DNA of 59,287 nt, counting the filler, from Platydemus manokwari (lineage: Eukaryota): NCBI GenBank assembly GCA_037951405.1. It is 5 parts of 5 records of this genome, joined end to end, with 100 filler letters (N's around TTAATTAATTAA, not from the genome) between each part and the next. Parts side by side here need not be neighbours in the genome. Positions count along the whole stretch, not along the records: positions 1 to 21,332 come from JBBMOY011366981.1; positions 21,433 to 30,726 come from JBBMOY011270540.1; 3 more parts are not named here. One strand, 5' to 3'. The notes under the pieces are model-generated. The model was not told the origin of the DNA, made no database searches, and saw only the letters and a list, made by a program, of their open reading frames with translations. The translations under genes and the position numbers were made by a program. The first letter of the stretch is position 1; each line of letters begins with the position of its first letter. Positions 12,480-24,134 of this stretch are shown one piece after another.

Positions 12480-13300
12480 TTCTGCAATTCCGTTAATATA
12501 CCTGTGAGCAGCAAGCAAATTTCTGAAAACAACAAAGTTGAATTGAGGAGCGTTAGTTCATTAATAATGAAACAAAGAATGCAGTCCACAAACTCAATTC
12601 CCCTTCCATAAAACAATTAGAAAGTCTGTTTACTACGAATAATATATAACATACTATTATATCGTGAAAGTGCTCAACTGAATTCTGTGAAAGTCTCAAA
12701 CAAATATTTGCTTATATAAACCGCTGGAATTAGTTTTTAGCCAAGATGCGGATTCAGTTGTTTAATTTATAATGTATAATTTATTTATAATTGAATTTCA
12801 TGCTTTGATCCAGTAACATGATTTTTAAATAAAATTTAGGAACTAATATTTGGCATTAATTTATTTAGCTCAAAATTGCTTTCTGAGCGAACGTTTAAAC
12901 AAAGTGTCAAACCGTCATTGAAAATTGTCAGAAATAACGAATACGAGAATGAGAAAAAACGAACGTAATATCTGGAAGTAGAACATAACTCAATTCGAAA
13001 AACGTAAATTTGAGAGTGAAAATTATAAAAATCTTATCTTAAAACAGTATGAAACTTACCAATTACAGCAATACTTTGTAATAAGTTTTTCGTTCAAAAA
13101 TATAGAATCTTTACCTATGTCAAAGCAGAACTGTAATGAAGAACTTGACTTCCACAATCAAAATTCAAAACTCTACAAGTTACAATATTTAGAATAAACA
13201 CTTTGTTTATAAGTTATTACGCCTTTTTATTTTGTAACTTTCAATAAAGAATCATTTATGTATCAATTATTGTTTTGTATTTTATTTAATGCATTTTATT
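12480..13300 (+). repeat. Repeat family A, longest copy
   Basis: Spans the segments matched by the copies at 520, 1860, 5110 and 7610. Confidence 0.8.
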
Positions 13301-13346
13301 GTTATTTTATGAAGAAGTTTAAAGAACTTAAATTTTTAAATCAAAA

Positions 13347-13800
13347 ATGGGAACTTTTGACACAAACCAAATAGAAGAATTAAAAAAGATTGTTTCTTTG
13401 AAAAATAAAATAAATACTGAGGCCGAAGGAACCAATATTCTAAAATTTTATTAAATCAGGGTATTGCCGAATTTGCTAAACCTTTGTTAGCACTCATTGT
13501 ACAAAATCAAGAAAACAACAATTAGCAATTGAAGAGTGAAATACAAATATCAAAGTCATTGAAGGAAAATATATAAAAGACAACGAGGTAAAACCAGGGA
13601 GGTATATTGAACCATAAATATTTGATCAAAATACTGATGAATTATCCGCGCCCAGTATTATCCACACATTAGAAAAAAAAATTTAAATAAAGATTTTCTA
13701 ATTTTAAAATTTTAAAATACAGAATTTTCGATTACAGAATCCGATAATAAAAATAATTTTAAATATTCCAGTAGTGGAACTAACTTTGAGATTACCATTA
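13347..13800 (+). pseudogene. Decayed Polinton/adintovirus-like gene upstream of the capsid (paralog of 30830-31150)
   Basis: MGTFDTNQIEELKKIVSLKNKIN...IAEFAKPLL. DNA/peptide similarity to 30920-31130 ('gaggtaaaacc.g...tatattgaac'; FKI.N.E..IT.S.dKN.F......FEIT). Confidence 0.55.
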
Positions 13801-13854
13801 AAAAGAAGATTTATATATCATTAATATTTTATCAACAACAGCACCAAATTTAAA

Positions 13855-14545
13855 TAAACATATTGATATTATTTATGAATTTCAACAAACTTCAGATCCT
13901 GTAGATATTTGTAATAGTTTCTTAAGATATGAAAATGAAATTGAATTAAAAATGACAAAATACTGCTGGTGTAGAAAAAGACGATAATGTAACTTTTTTT
14001 CGTGATTTATTTAATTCTGTGAGATTAACATTAAGAACACACGAATTTGAAAATATTATAAGATCCATCTGTTGAAAGAATTCGAGAGTTGACATCATGG
14101 ATTCCAGATAAAACTATTGAACATCCAAAAAGGACAATAAATCATTCAGAAGAAAAGCCTTTTATAATTCAAAAAGCATGTTCAAAGCAAGATTTCCATT
14201 AAAACACATTTGAATTTTTAGAAAGATTGGCCATTTTTTTGATGATGATTAAATTAACCTTAAACAGAAATACAGATGATAAGAAAATATTTTACGGAAC
14301 AAAAGGAGAAGGAAAATTAAATACCAAATCATCATTGTTGTATCCTCGAATTAACTCTAAATTCAGAGAATGAACTCAAACTCAAAGAATGAATACAAAC
14401 TGATAAACCAATTCAAGTTAATTATTTAAATAGGCTTTCAAATCTAATTTATATTTCTGAGTGACAAACTTTCACATGGCAAGTAACTTTATTAAAGAAT
14501 AGACCAAGATATATTATAATTGTTTTCAAAGATGTACAATAAAAG
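13855..14545 (+). pseudogene. Polinton/Maverick-adintovirus major capsid protein (double jelly-roll), frameshifted
   Basis: Ordered motifs: YEFQQTSDPVDICNSFLRYE / LFNSVRLTL...FENI / SWIPDKT / SFRRKAFYN / FKARFPLKHI / IKLTLNRNTDDKKIF / PELTLNSENELKL / PIQVNYLNR / FTWQVTLLKNRPRYIIIVFK. Confidence 0.8.
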
Positions 14546-14719
14546 TATGAAATAGTTGATCCTATGATGTCATTTCAGATTCATAAGAATAATTTAATAA
14601 CTTTATTGTCTGCTAATCTCGAAATTTGTTTATCTCGTTTGATGGACGGATTCAGATCCTGTGTGTCACAGGTTTTATAAATAATTTGTAATTTTTATCA
14701 TTGTAAATTTAGTATGCGT

Positions 14720-15240
14720 ATCAGGAAAGTTAGGCGCACGATTTTGGTCGATAGTAACACATTGCCTTCAAGAAAATATTAATGATAATGAAGAATTAAT
14801 TCTCACAAATGAAGAGGTAAAACATTCGATTCAAAAGTTATTTGTTTTTTATTATTATTATTTAACTCACAATTGAGTTGGAAAATATTAAAACTTGGCT
14901 TAATAAATGTCGATTTTCCGATCCCCGGTGCATGAACTTTATATGAAGTTCGGAAATCACACTCAACCAATAGCAGAGATATATGGGCAATTATTGGAAT
15001 CCCTGGTTTTCAAGTTAAACAGATCAGCTTCAGAAAATGTCACAAAAGGTACTTACTGAGTCACGTCACATTTTTATGGTCTAATAATTTTTAAATACTT
15101 TCTAATTTAACTCAGGCTTGTTCCAATTAGTGCAAAAATATATTATGATGATAATTATATATTTATTAAAATGTGGAGCAATGTTGCTATTTTGATCAAC
15201 TCTTTGATCTTATGGAATCCTATAATTGTATTGATTAGTA
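14720..15240 (+). pseudogene. Possible spliced host-gene fragment, unknown product
   Basis: Open frame MSIFRSPVHELYMKFGNHTQPIAEIYGQLLESLVFKLNRSASENVTK ends at AG|GTACT. A ~67-nt intron runs to CTCAG and the next exon ends at |GTAAGT, but the frame is disrupted. Confidence 0.3.
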
Positions 15241-15906
15241 AGTATTTCATTGTTTCCAGTTTTTTTTAACGGATAATATATCAATTTAATTATGTTTCAA
15301 AACACGGGATAAAAATATCTAAATTCTAATAAGAACTCAGATAACTTTGATTGGACCACATTATTCTTTACCTATGTCATTATTCTTTGTCTATCATTCT
15401 TGATGAAATAATAAGATAGTGAGTAATACGAAAATCAATATTGGGAATTATTTTATATAGTAGTAATATTAGAAATTATGATAAATAAAATCATAATAAA
15501 TAAATCCGTGTAGAAAAATTATAATATATATATAAATGTGTGCGAAATTAAAATTAATAATGTAGGTGGATTTATTATTATTATTAGAGCAGAAAAAATA
15601 TTTTTATAATCCAATAGGGAAAAAGAAAATAATAAAATTCATTGAATTTATCAATATAACTTTTAATATATGCGTAATTTCATATTCACGGTATTCTTCA
15701 TAGAAATTTTAAAATACAATAGTTTTTGCAATATATTTGTAATTGTAAAATAGTTTAAATAATGATTTTAAATTAGAGTTTCTTAAAAAATTTTTGCCGA
15801 TCAATGGTCAACAGAATTACTTAATCTACTTTGCAAAGGAGACAAAAGTATCTCTCAATTAGCCGGTAATATCATTTCATTACACAAAAATGAATGAAAA
15901 AATGGA

Positions 15907-16157
15907 AGAGAACAAACCCAAATAAATAAACAGAGTTTACATAATTTAATGAATGGATGGACTCCGACCATTAAAAATCAATAGGACTATGCATACAAAA
16001 ATAATAAAGAAGTAGAAGTTGCTAATCAGAGTGATAAATTTTCACGAATATTTGATAATATGTATCAAGAGGATCAATGTGCAAGGGATATTATGAGAAT
16101 ATGTTATTCTAATAGAAAGTACTGATTTGATAAATTTTAATTATAATGTTGTTTTGG
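15907..16157 (+). repeat. Family C duplication, copy 2
   Basis: Near-identical to 8499-8749. Confidence 0.9.
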
Positions 16158-16736
16158 TAGACCGACAAAAAGAAATAATGAAGATCAGTTGAGGAAAACG
16201 GTCGATTAAAATCAGAACGATCCAATCGTATCTATCACGAAAAGATGATGGCAAAAAAATAAATTGAAGTTAGAAATTTCATTCACACAAAAATCATAAC
16301 GATATCGAGTATTATTTAAGGCAATCAAGTGACAACCAAAATCCTGTTAGGCTAAAGGAAAATCTAGCTGAAATTAAAAATATTCCGGCTGGTGAGAGAA
16401 TTTCATTGAACCACAAAAATGTTGGCAAATTTGCCAATATTCAAAAATGAAGAACAAAATATAATCTTAATTTTTAAAATTAAATTTAATAATTTACAAA
16501 AAATATTTTTAATTGATTTTACTAAAAATACTTAATGTTTATCTTATTCAAACAATTATTGTAACCTCTCAAAATTTAAAAAATTAATTTATTTAAAAAA
16601 GGAAATTAAAATGTGTTGAAAATAATTTTATATTAATTATTAAAGAAGGAATATTTGTTTAGATAATCTGTAATATGAAATATATTTTTACACGTTGAGA
16701 ATTATAAGTTTTGAATATAGTATAAAAATGAAGAGG

Positions 16737-18830
16737 TGTTAGCAGCTAACATGGCGACCACGCACGTGGATGCGATCCTAAGGCTCGATGTTGCCAGACA
16801 GATTCAAACTGGGGGATAACGCCGAACACTTTATTAAAAAATGTAATCGATAATTAGAGGCTGGGAAAATCCCAAAGCATGTCCAATACGCTATCGTAGT
16901 AGCAAGATTAGACGATTGCTTAGTAGAGCAATTTGAGACGAGGACGCCAAAATGGAGTAAGAGGACAGACTGAAGAAGGCGTTTGACCAAAAGAAGTCAT
17001 TCGCTCAGGATTGGATGGAGGCCCTAAGGTTCAGAAGGAAGGCCGCTTCGGCGGACGTATATTTTTAAAAAGTAGATAAACTGGTGGAAGACATATTGTC
17101 TCACAATATAACTAAAGAGAAGTTAACTGTTTTCCTCTTGGTGCATTGTGCAGATGATATGTAGCTTGAGAAAGAAATTAAATTTAGGGATATTGTGGAA
17201 GTGGATCAAATAAAGAAAACCGTAAAAATGCTAGATAAAGTAAGAAATAAAGAAAGAGAAATAAATACGGTGGAAGCCGGAGAATGGACCACGATAGTCA
17301 GAGCACAACCAAAACCCAGGGCTCCCGAAAGAAAAGTAGATAATAGGACGTGCTATAATTGCCAAAAACCAGGCCATATAACACGAAATTGTAAAATCGA
17401 GAAAGTAGTGACGTGCTACGCCTGCCACCGAGTAGGTCACATAGCGAGAAATTGCACAAATGTCATAAAGTGCCGTAGATGTCAATACAGAGGACATCAC
17501 GTGAGTGAATATTACACAAACATAGAGAGAATGAGACAACAAAGGTCCAACTACAAGCAAGAAACATCAATAATCCAGCGAAGGTTTGAACACAGACAGA
17601 GTAATAATAGAATAAACAAAAATAGACAGGATTTCAAAGGACAAAATTACAGAATGGTGAACCGAAATAATAGGTAAGTAGCGGCGGTCGAACAAGAATC
17701 GGATTCAGAATACAACGAAGAATACCCAAAAGAGAACTCGCCGATTTCAGGATAGTGAGTCAGGGCAATACACTAAACAATAAATCTCAGTCTGAGCAAG
17801 ATAACGAGAGTATCAGTAGTCATATTGATATTTATAATATAACTAATTTAAATAAAATAAACTAAATAAAAACTAAAATAAACAAGCAAGGCAGTACCCA
17901 GAACATAAAAACTGGAAAGTAGAAAAACAAATTGTAACCGGTAAAAACGATGATATAGAATCAGGAAAGAGAGTACAATGGAAAGTTGTAAAATTTATAA
18001 GGAAGATGATTGACAAGGTGATAGAAGAACAAAGAGATGAGAAAATAGTAAGAATATTAACGATCAAGGAGTTAAAGTTTCTCCATATTTCTTATGATAA
18101 AATGAAAGGGAGACCGAGCATAACTATTAAAATAGAGAATAAAGAATTTGAATGCTTGTTAGGCACGGGCGCAAGAGGAAATATCATGGATAAGACGGTA
18201 TTAGAGAAACTCGAACAAGTATAAATAGAATATACAAGTATAAGTTTACGCCGTGCCAAAGACAGTAGATTAGAGGTTGTTGGTAGGATAAGAATAAAAG
18301 TCAAGTTAGGAAGTCAGTTCAAGACGATATCATTCATAATAATTGAGCACATGAAACGGAAGATTATAGGCGGAATAGAGTTTCAAGAAGAATTTGGATT
18401 AGAGTTAGAATGGAAAAAGAACTCTCAGAAAAAAGAAACAGAACTAAACACCTCTATCTATGAGATAACAGCGAGATTTGGTAGGGATATAACCAATGAA
18501 GACAGATTCAAGAAAACAAAAGAATGTCTTGCGGTGAAAGAAGGATCTCGTTTATGGGGAATATTAAAGGCGAATAGTGATGTATTCATGGCAGATCACT
18601 GGGACATCGGTAGACTTGGGAAATGCATATTATCAGGTAGAGCTTGACAAAGAATCACAAGAAAAAACAGCATTCTGGACGAAAGAGAAGAAATACTGTT
18701 TTACACGGATGCCGTTTGGGATCGCAGCAGCACCAGGAACATTTCAAGAATTGATGACAAAAATATTATGGGATAAGAGAGAAAAAGGAGCCATGGTATA
18801 TTTGGACGACATATATACTTATATTACACA
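16737..18830 (+). mobile_element. Ty3/Gypsy LTR retrotransposon, decayed and 3'-truncated (LTR end, PBS, gag, protease, partial RT)
   Basis: ...CA|TGGCGACC PBS. Gag has CYNCQKPGHITRNC, CYACHRVGHIARNC and a third knuckle. Protease is CLLGTGA (LLDTGA with D lost). RT reads DLGNAYYQV...RMPFGIAAAPGTFQ...VYLDDI. Confidence 0.95.
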
Positions 18831-18871
18831 GAAACAATTATGTATCTAAAAATGAATACAATAAGCCCTGT

Positions 18872-19261
18872 GTGAATGAATTGATTGAGAAAGAAAAACC
18901 CCAAGATATTGATTTGTTCAAACCAGGATGGAGTTCGTGGACAGGTCCAGGATATGAGGATGCGGATAAGAAGAGGAAAATGAAATTTAAAATCAAAGCT
19001 TCGACACTAAAACGCAAAGATATGAAACCACAAGTTTGGATCAAAAAAGGTGTGAATGATGAATTGAACAAACATTTGATCAAAAAGATTCCATTTCCAT
19101 ATAATACTGTCGAACAGTTTAACTTGTCGAGGAAGGAACTCGTAAGTAGAACTTTCAATCTCGCCACTGTCCATCGAGAACTTGTCAAGCCGAGATTTAT
19201 TAATAAGGCTGGTCAACCGATTTATCCCATTCACAAATACGAGAAAAAGAAAATGAAATAA
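18872..19261 (+). pseudogene. UTP14: UTP14 (U3 snoRNP/SSU processome protein) C-terminal fragment
   Basis: EKPQDIDLFKPGWSSWTGPG...RKD..PQVWI...IPFPY...QF...KPRFINKAGQPIYPI matches the conserved Utp14 C-terminus. No upstream exons or clear acceptor are visible. Confidence 0.85.
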
Positions 19262-19968
19262 TGTATATTTGCAAATATAGTCTTTTAACTTTTAATGATA
19301 TTTGATTAGTTGATTAAAATCTCAATATGAACAGAAAAACAAATATCGAATCAAAATATGACACTCTTGACCTCCTTTTCTTAACTTAAGCCAATATTTT
19401 ATATATTAGTACAAAATTTTAAATATTCCACAGATTTCAGCATGAAAAAGTGAAACTTTTTGACACAAAAAAATTAAATACTTTATGAAACTAAAGGAAT
19501 GTTCGAATTGATGCATATCTATTGACAATTTTCTTTAATTTTTTCTATTCCTAATATTCTAAACCCTATCAGGAGTTGTTAATAAATACAAAAACTAAGT
19601 TGTTTTACTCTGGAAAATACAATTAATATCTTTATTAGTTCACAATATAAACAAACGCCACAATCGACATTGAGAATTGGCATTCATGAAAGGAATGAAG
19701 AACAGATGCTATTCGAATCTTCCAAATGCGTTCAAAAGACCAATAAAAGGTTTTTAGTGCATTTAATCATAAACATAATAAACGATATAATTTTCATTCA
19801 ATGAATTTGCAAATTAATACCGCTGAACATTGCAAACGAGTTATTTAATCATTTTAGCGAAAATATTTCAAACCATATAATAATTCTTAATATATTTAAA
19901 TTCATACAAAATAAAGCTGATGGAATTCTTGTTGACCATAACAAATTCTTATAAGTAAACCTACGTAC

Positions 19969-21170
19969 CTATGTGATATTCTTTATCAAATAACAGAGAA
20001 AAGATGCTATAAAATAGATATGGCGAATATAGGTCTTTAAGGAGAATTTGATATGAAAATAGAGACAAAACTGAGAAAATCAAAGATTTCAAAGAAAAGA
20101 AGTGGGAGAACATTTTAATACTTTTATAAATATTTTGTAGTTATTCTAAATAATAAAACAAATTAAAGATACTTTTAAATAATTTGGTTGAATATACTTT
20201 TTTTGGTTGAAAATTCTACTGATTCGTTTCGAATCCAATTTTACGAAAAAGCAGCAGCTAACATATTTATAGCATTTCTAAAATCCAATTCCCCTTTATA
20301 GTTATATTAAGAGATATAATAATGAATATAAATTATAATTAATAAATCTGATAACTTTTGATACATATAAATATTACGAGAAGTTTTGAAATGTTATTCA
20401 ATCGAGTTTCTTATCCATTTTAAGCTATTTATCACTTAGAAGATGAATACAATTATTATTAACAAGTTTATTTCAAATTTTATTTATATATTTGATTGGT
20501 CAAAAATATTCGACAAATAACTCACTTTCAGATCAAGCGAAGCATTGATTTCGAGAATTTTATCCAGAAGCCATAGAAATGATTGATCGGAATACCAGTT
20601 CTGCTGATCAATGATTGAATGTATGAAGAATTTGACCAAAGTTTCTTGTCGATCTTTATCACTATTAAGCATGACTAGAGATGAACAGAAAGAATTTCCA
20701 ATGCAAGTCAATACAGGTCCAGGAAACTGTTTTGTGATGAGACTTTTCACCATGTTATAATACGTATCATCAGCGTGGATAATTTGCTTTAAAATCGCAA
20801 CAAAAATATCGTTGCCAAGCAACAATGTCAATCGAGTTGTTGGTGAACTAATGATGATCTGGTATAGCAATTCTAAAGAAAGTCGATATTGCTGGTGACG
20901 TGAAACCAGATTTTGAATTATCTTTAGCATATTGTTGTCCACGGACTGATTATCTTGCCAAGTGGTAACAGCCATGTACATAGCAATCGGATGATTGCAG
21001 CGGTCTTGTTGAGCGTCGGATAGTGCTTGAATCCAGTCCGATGTATTCAAAACGGAAGATGGTTGCAAAAACATAGCATCGTTTACTTTGTAGCGTGTAG
21101 AAGGATGTAAGCGCAATCGAATGCAAAGACTCAAACACCACGCATGAAATGATTGGTCTTGAAAAGTGTC
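19969..21170 (-). CDS. EPG5: EPG5 (autophagy tether)-like internal exon 20526-21170, plus a possible further exon ~19969-20120; partial gene
   Basis: A 645-nt open exon bounded by TTTTCAG| and |GTGAGT. FHAWCLSLCIRLRLH and FFIHSIIDQQNWYSDQSFLWLLDKI resemble EPG5 'WAWNLILRLKLH' and 'FW.QAL....WY..Q.ILFLMD' as recalled. Confidence 0.6.
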
Positions 21171-21255
21171 CTGAAAAATAATGATTCATTTTAATCAAAC
21201 ATTTGTAAAGATTGAAAAGCAGAAATATGTAAAATTTTTTGAGCTTTTAGGTCAC

Positions 21256-21332
<77 letters not shown>
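21256..21332 (+). repeat. (AAT)n microsatellite at contig end
   Basis: Directly visible. Confidence 0.98.
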
Positions 21333-21432
21333 NNNNNNNNNNNNNNNNNNNNNNNNNNNNNNNNNNNNNNNNNNNNTTAATTAATTAANNNNNNNNNNNN
21401 NNNNNNNNNNNNNNNNNNNNNNNNNNNNNNNN
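21333..21432. other. Artificial contig linker N44-TTAATTAATTAA-N44
   Basis: Identical 100-nt spacer with six-frame stops, found four times. Confidence 0.98.
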
Positions 21433-21459
21433 TTATTATTATTATTATTATTATTATTA

Positions 21460-21509
<50 letters not shown>
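21433..21509 (+). repeat. (TTA)n microsatellite at contig start
   Basis: Directly visible. Confidence 0.98.
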
Positions 21510-21511
<2 letters not shown>

Positions 21512-22016
21512 AGTTTAAAATATTACCAGATGATTTCAAGTCAAGGACCAACCACACTTGTTTTAGTCACAATGCTCACAATAGGAAAAATATAAAAAAT
21601 CTGTATCTGGTTATTATATTATGGTTGAGAAAAATTACTGCCTGAGTTATTCACTCAGTGATAAATATAAGACTCAAACGAGATGAACTCGCATAAAATA
21701 TTTGGAAATTATGAATAGAATTGACCCATTTGTCAAAAGATACTTTCAAGTAAAGATTATAACTAGATTTGTGCAAGCTCCGATGACACCGCTCAAAGTA
21801 TCACAATCAAATCACATTCAATAAGTCATTCCTCATTCTGATGTCATAATGACAAGGCGATAATTGTCAGATAATAATTATATCATGTTGTATAGTTTGT
21901 GATACGTTTGTGAGTGACATTCAAATCAGGTGTCAAAACTCATTGACAGCACCAAAGAATTCTCATAATTTTTTTATGTTTTTCGAAAGAGATTTATAAA
22001 TCAATTTATTTGAACA

Positions 22017-23396
22017 GTCAAAATAACACCAACAATATTGATATCTGATCTAATTATTAGTTCAATAACAGTTCACATCATGATGAACTAATCAAATTCG
22101 ATATACATGTTCACCTATATTCTTTATTTTGCAATCTTTTTCCAAGTCGTTCAGGGTGATTGGTTGAAGAGATCTATTGAGAATATCCAGTCGACAATCT
22201 TTATTTGTTAGATTCTTTTTATTTCCACAAATCTTTATTTTGAAATTGTAAGGATCGGAATTGGTCTCGTTTCTGAACAATAAACGTACATAGAATTGCA
22301 ACAGTGGATTATTATCAACGATTACCGAGCTAGAATCGTAATATAACTCTGTAATAACCGAGCTTGCCAATGGAGGATATATTTGATTGAAGCATTTTAA
22401 ATGAGAGAGAAAAGCTGCTATTGTGTCATCATGTGCAAAATATCCAATCAGCTTATATCCGGATTTGTTCGAACGAAATGATTTTGCTCTTGCTATCATA
22501 TCATTCACCATTTTTCTGATGAGAGGACCACCTCGAAACTTTGTGAGTTTGGTATTCGAAAAAGAGATAATCTAGTAATAAACGATCATTTGTTTGCAGT
22601 TTTTTATTATGTCTGTTTTCACCCATTTAGGAAGTTTGAGTTTCCTATACTTCCAGATGAGAACATGATCACAAATATTCCAGGCCATACGAATGTCGAC
22701 ATTTGAAGTATCTAAAATATCAATATTATTCCATTCAATCGAAACTACCAACATCTGAGATAAATATTTCTCATCTCGAAATGATACAAGAATGAGAAAT
22801 AGTTAAATGAGATGTAACGATTTCAAATACGCGCACTTGTTGCTTTCTCCAATACTTTGAAAAATGATGAATACCGACGGATGATGGATTGATATTTCTT
22901 CGATTCGAATTCTCTTAATAACAACATTTCGATAACAGGACAGTGACTCGTCATGTTTAAGAGGAAATCATAGAATGTTGGAACAATGTGGATTGGTACG
23001 AATTGATTTTCGAATAGAGTACTCATACTAGCAAGGCCACTCATAATTGTTCTATCAGTATCTGTAGACCTGATGTAAACAGTATCCTACAATTGCAAAT
23101 GATTGATATCAGACAATGATGATAAAACAAATATGAATTACTGGATGAAAGACCAATGGGATCGAATCTCTATATTGCTTTCTCAGATAAGTTCCGAACT
23201 CTTTCATTTCCCAAATACCTTTGTCTGTCAATTGACCGTAACCTTGTGTCCATAAATATCGATATGGATCAGATGGTAAATCCCAGAACGGGGTTCGATC
23301 CCCATGTCTCGTTAATGTTTGGATTTGAATCAATTCTCGACAACAATGCAGTCCAAATGAAATAAATATCACAAATAAACATTTGATTACACGCAT
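22017..23396 (-). CDS. Histidine acid phosphatase (lysosomal/prostatic ACP type), multi-exon, with in-frame TAG at 22572-22574
   Basis: Signal peptide, RHGDRTP motif, GQLT..G, YIRSTDTDRTIMS, LPKW, RGGPL and catalytic AHD. Exon 1 is 23142-23396, intron 23087-23141; a second intron lies at ~22712-22836 and a possible last intron at ~22051-22113. Confidence 0.9.
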
Positions 23397-24134
23397 TTGG
23401 TTATTAAATATTATAAAAAATAATGAATTGTTCTCTCATACAGAATTTTATAATAATAAGTAAATGTTTTTTATTGGATCTCAAATCAAGATTTGATTGA
23501 ATTAGGTTTTATGGCAGTGTAGTTGTGAGTTAGGAAATAAATGCGTGCTTTGTACTAAAAGCCATTTAGAATAATTATCATTATTATTAATATTATTTTT
23601 TTTATTAATATTATGATTATTCCTATTATTTTTTAAATTGTTATCAACATCCACATAATTTTTAATAATTTATCATTGCTATTACTCTGATTGTAAAAAA
23701 CATAATTATTAATATAATATTTATGTTTTATAATTATCGGCTCATATTATATTGGTTTATAATTATTTTATTTAATTTGGTTGACTTGACAACGTGGGGA
23801 TCTTCATTGGCCTGTATGATGACGAAACTATTGGAATTCTCAAATTTAAATCTAAAAGTTTCATTTTAAAGTTGAATTTGTTTGATTGTCGATTTTTGTT
23901 TCGGTCGATTTATCAAAACCAACAATCGTATTAATTGTGGTAAGATGATGTGTTAGTTTCGCCTCCGAAGGCATAATCATTGAATTATATCTGATAACTG
24001 TCAGTCAACTATTGTGAATGTTTATCATTGATCATCCCAATTAATATCACAACTCAAGTCAGTCTATAAGTAATATATAAGAATGAAAAACAAATGGGAC
24101 ACGAAAAAGATAAGAAAAATTTGGTAAATTAAAC

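Noticed and set aside
520-13300. General TAA/TAG reassignment suggested by many in-frame stops in repeats
   Set aside because: Those regions also carry frameshifts, indicating decay. GPD2 and TRAF have long frames free of internal stops and end in TAA.
17231-19234. Minus-strand ORFs (17231, 17873, 18092, 18838, 19007)
   Set aside because: Antisense shadows of gag, protease and UTP14.
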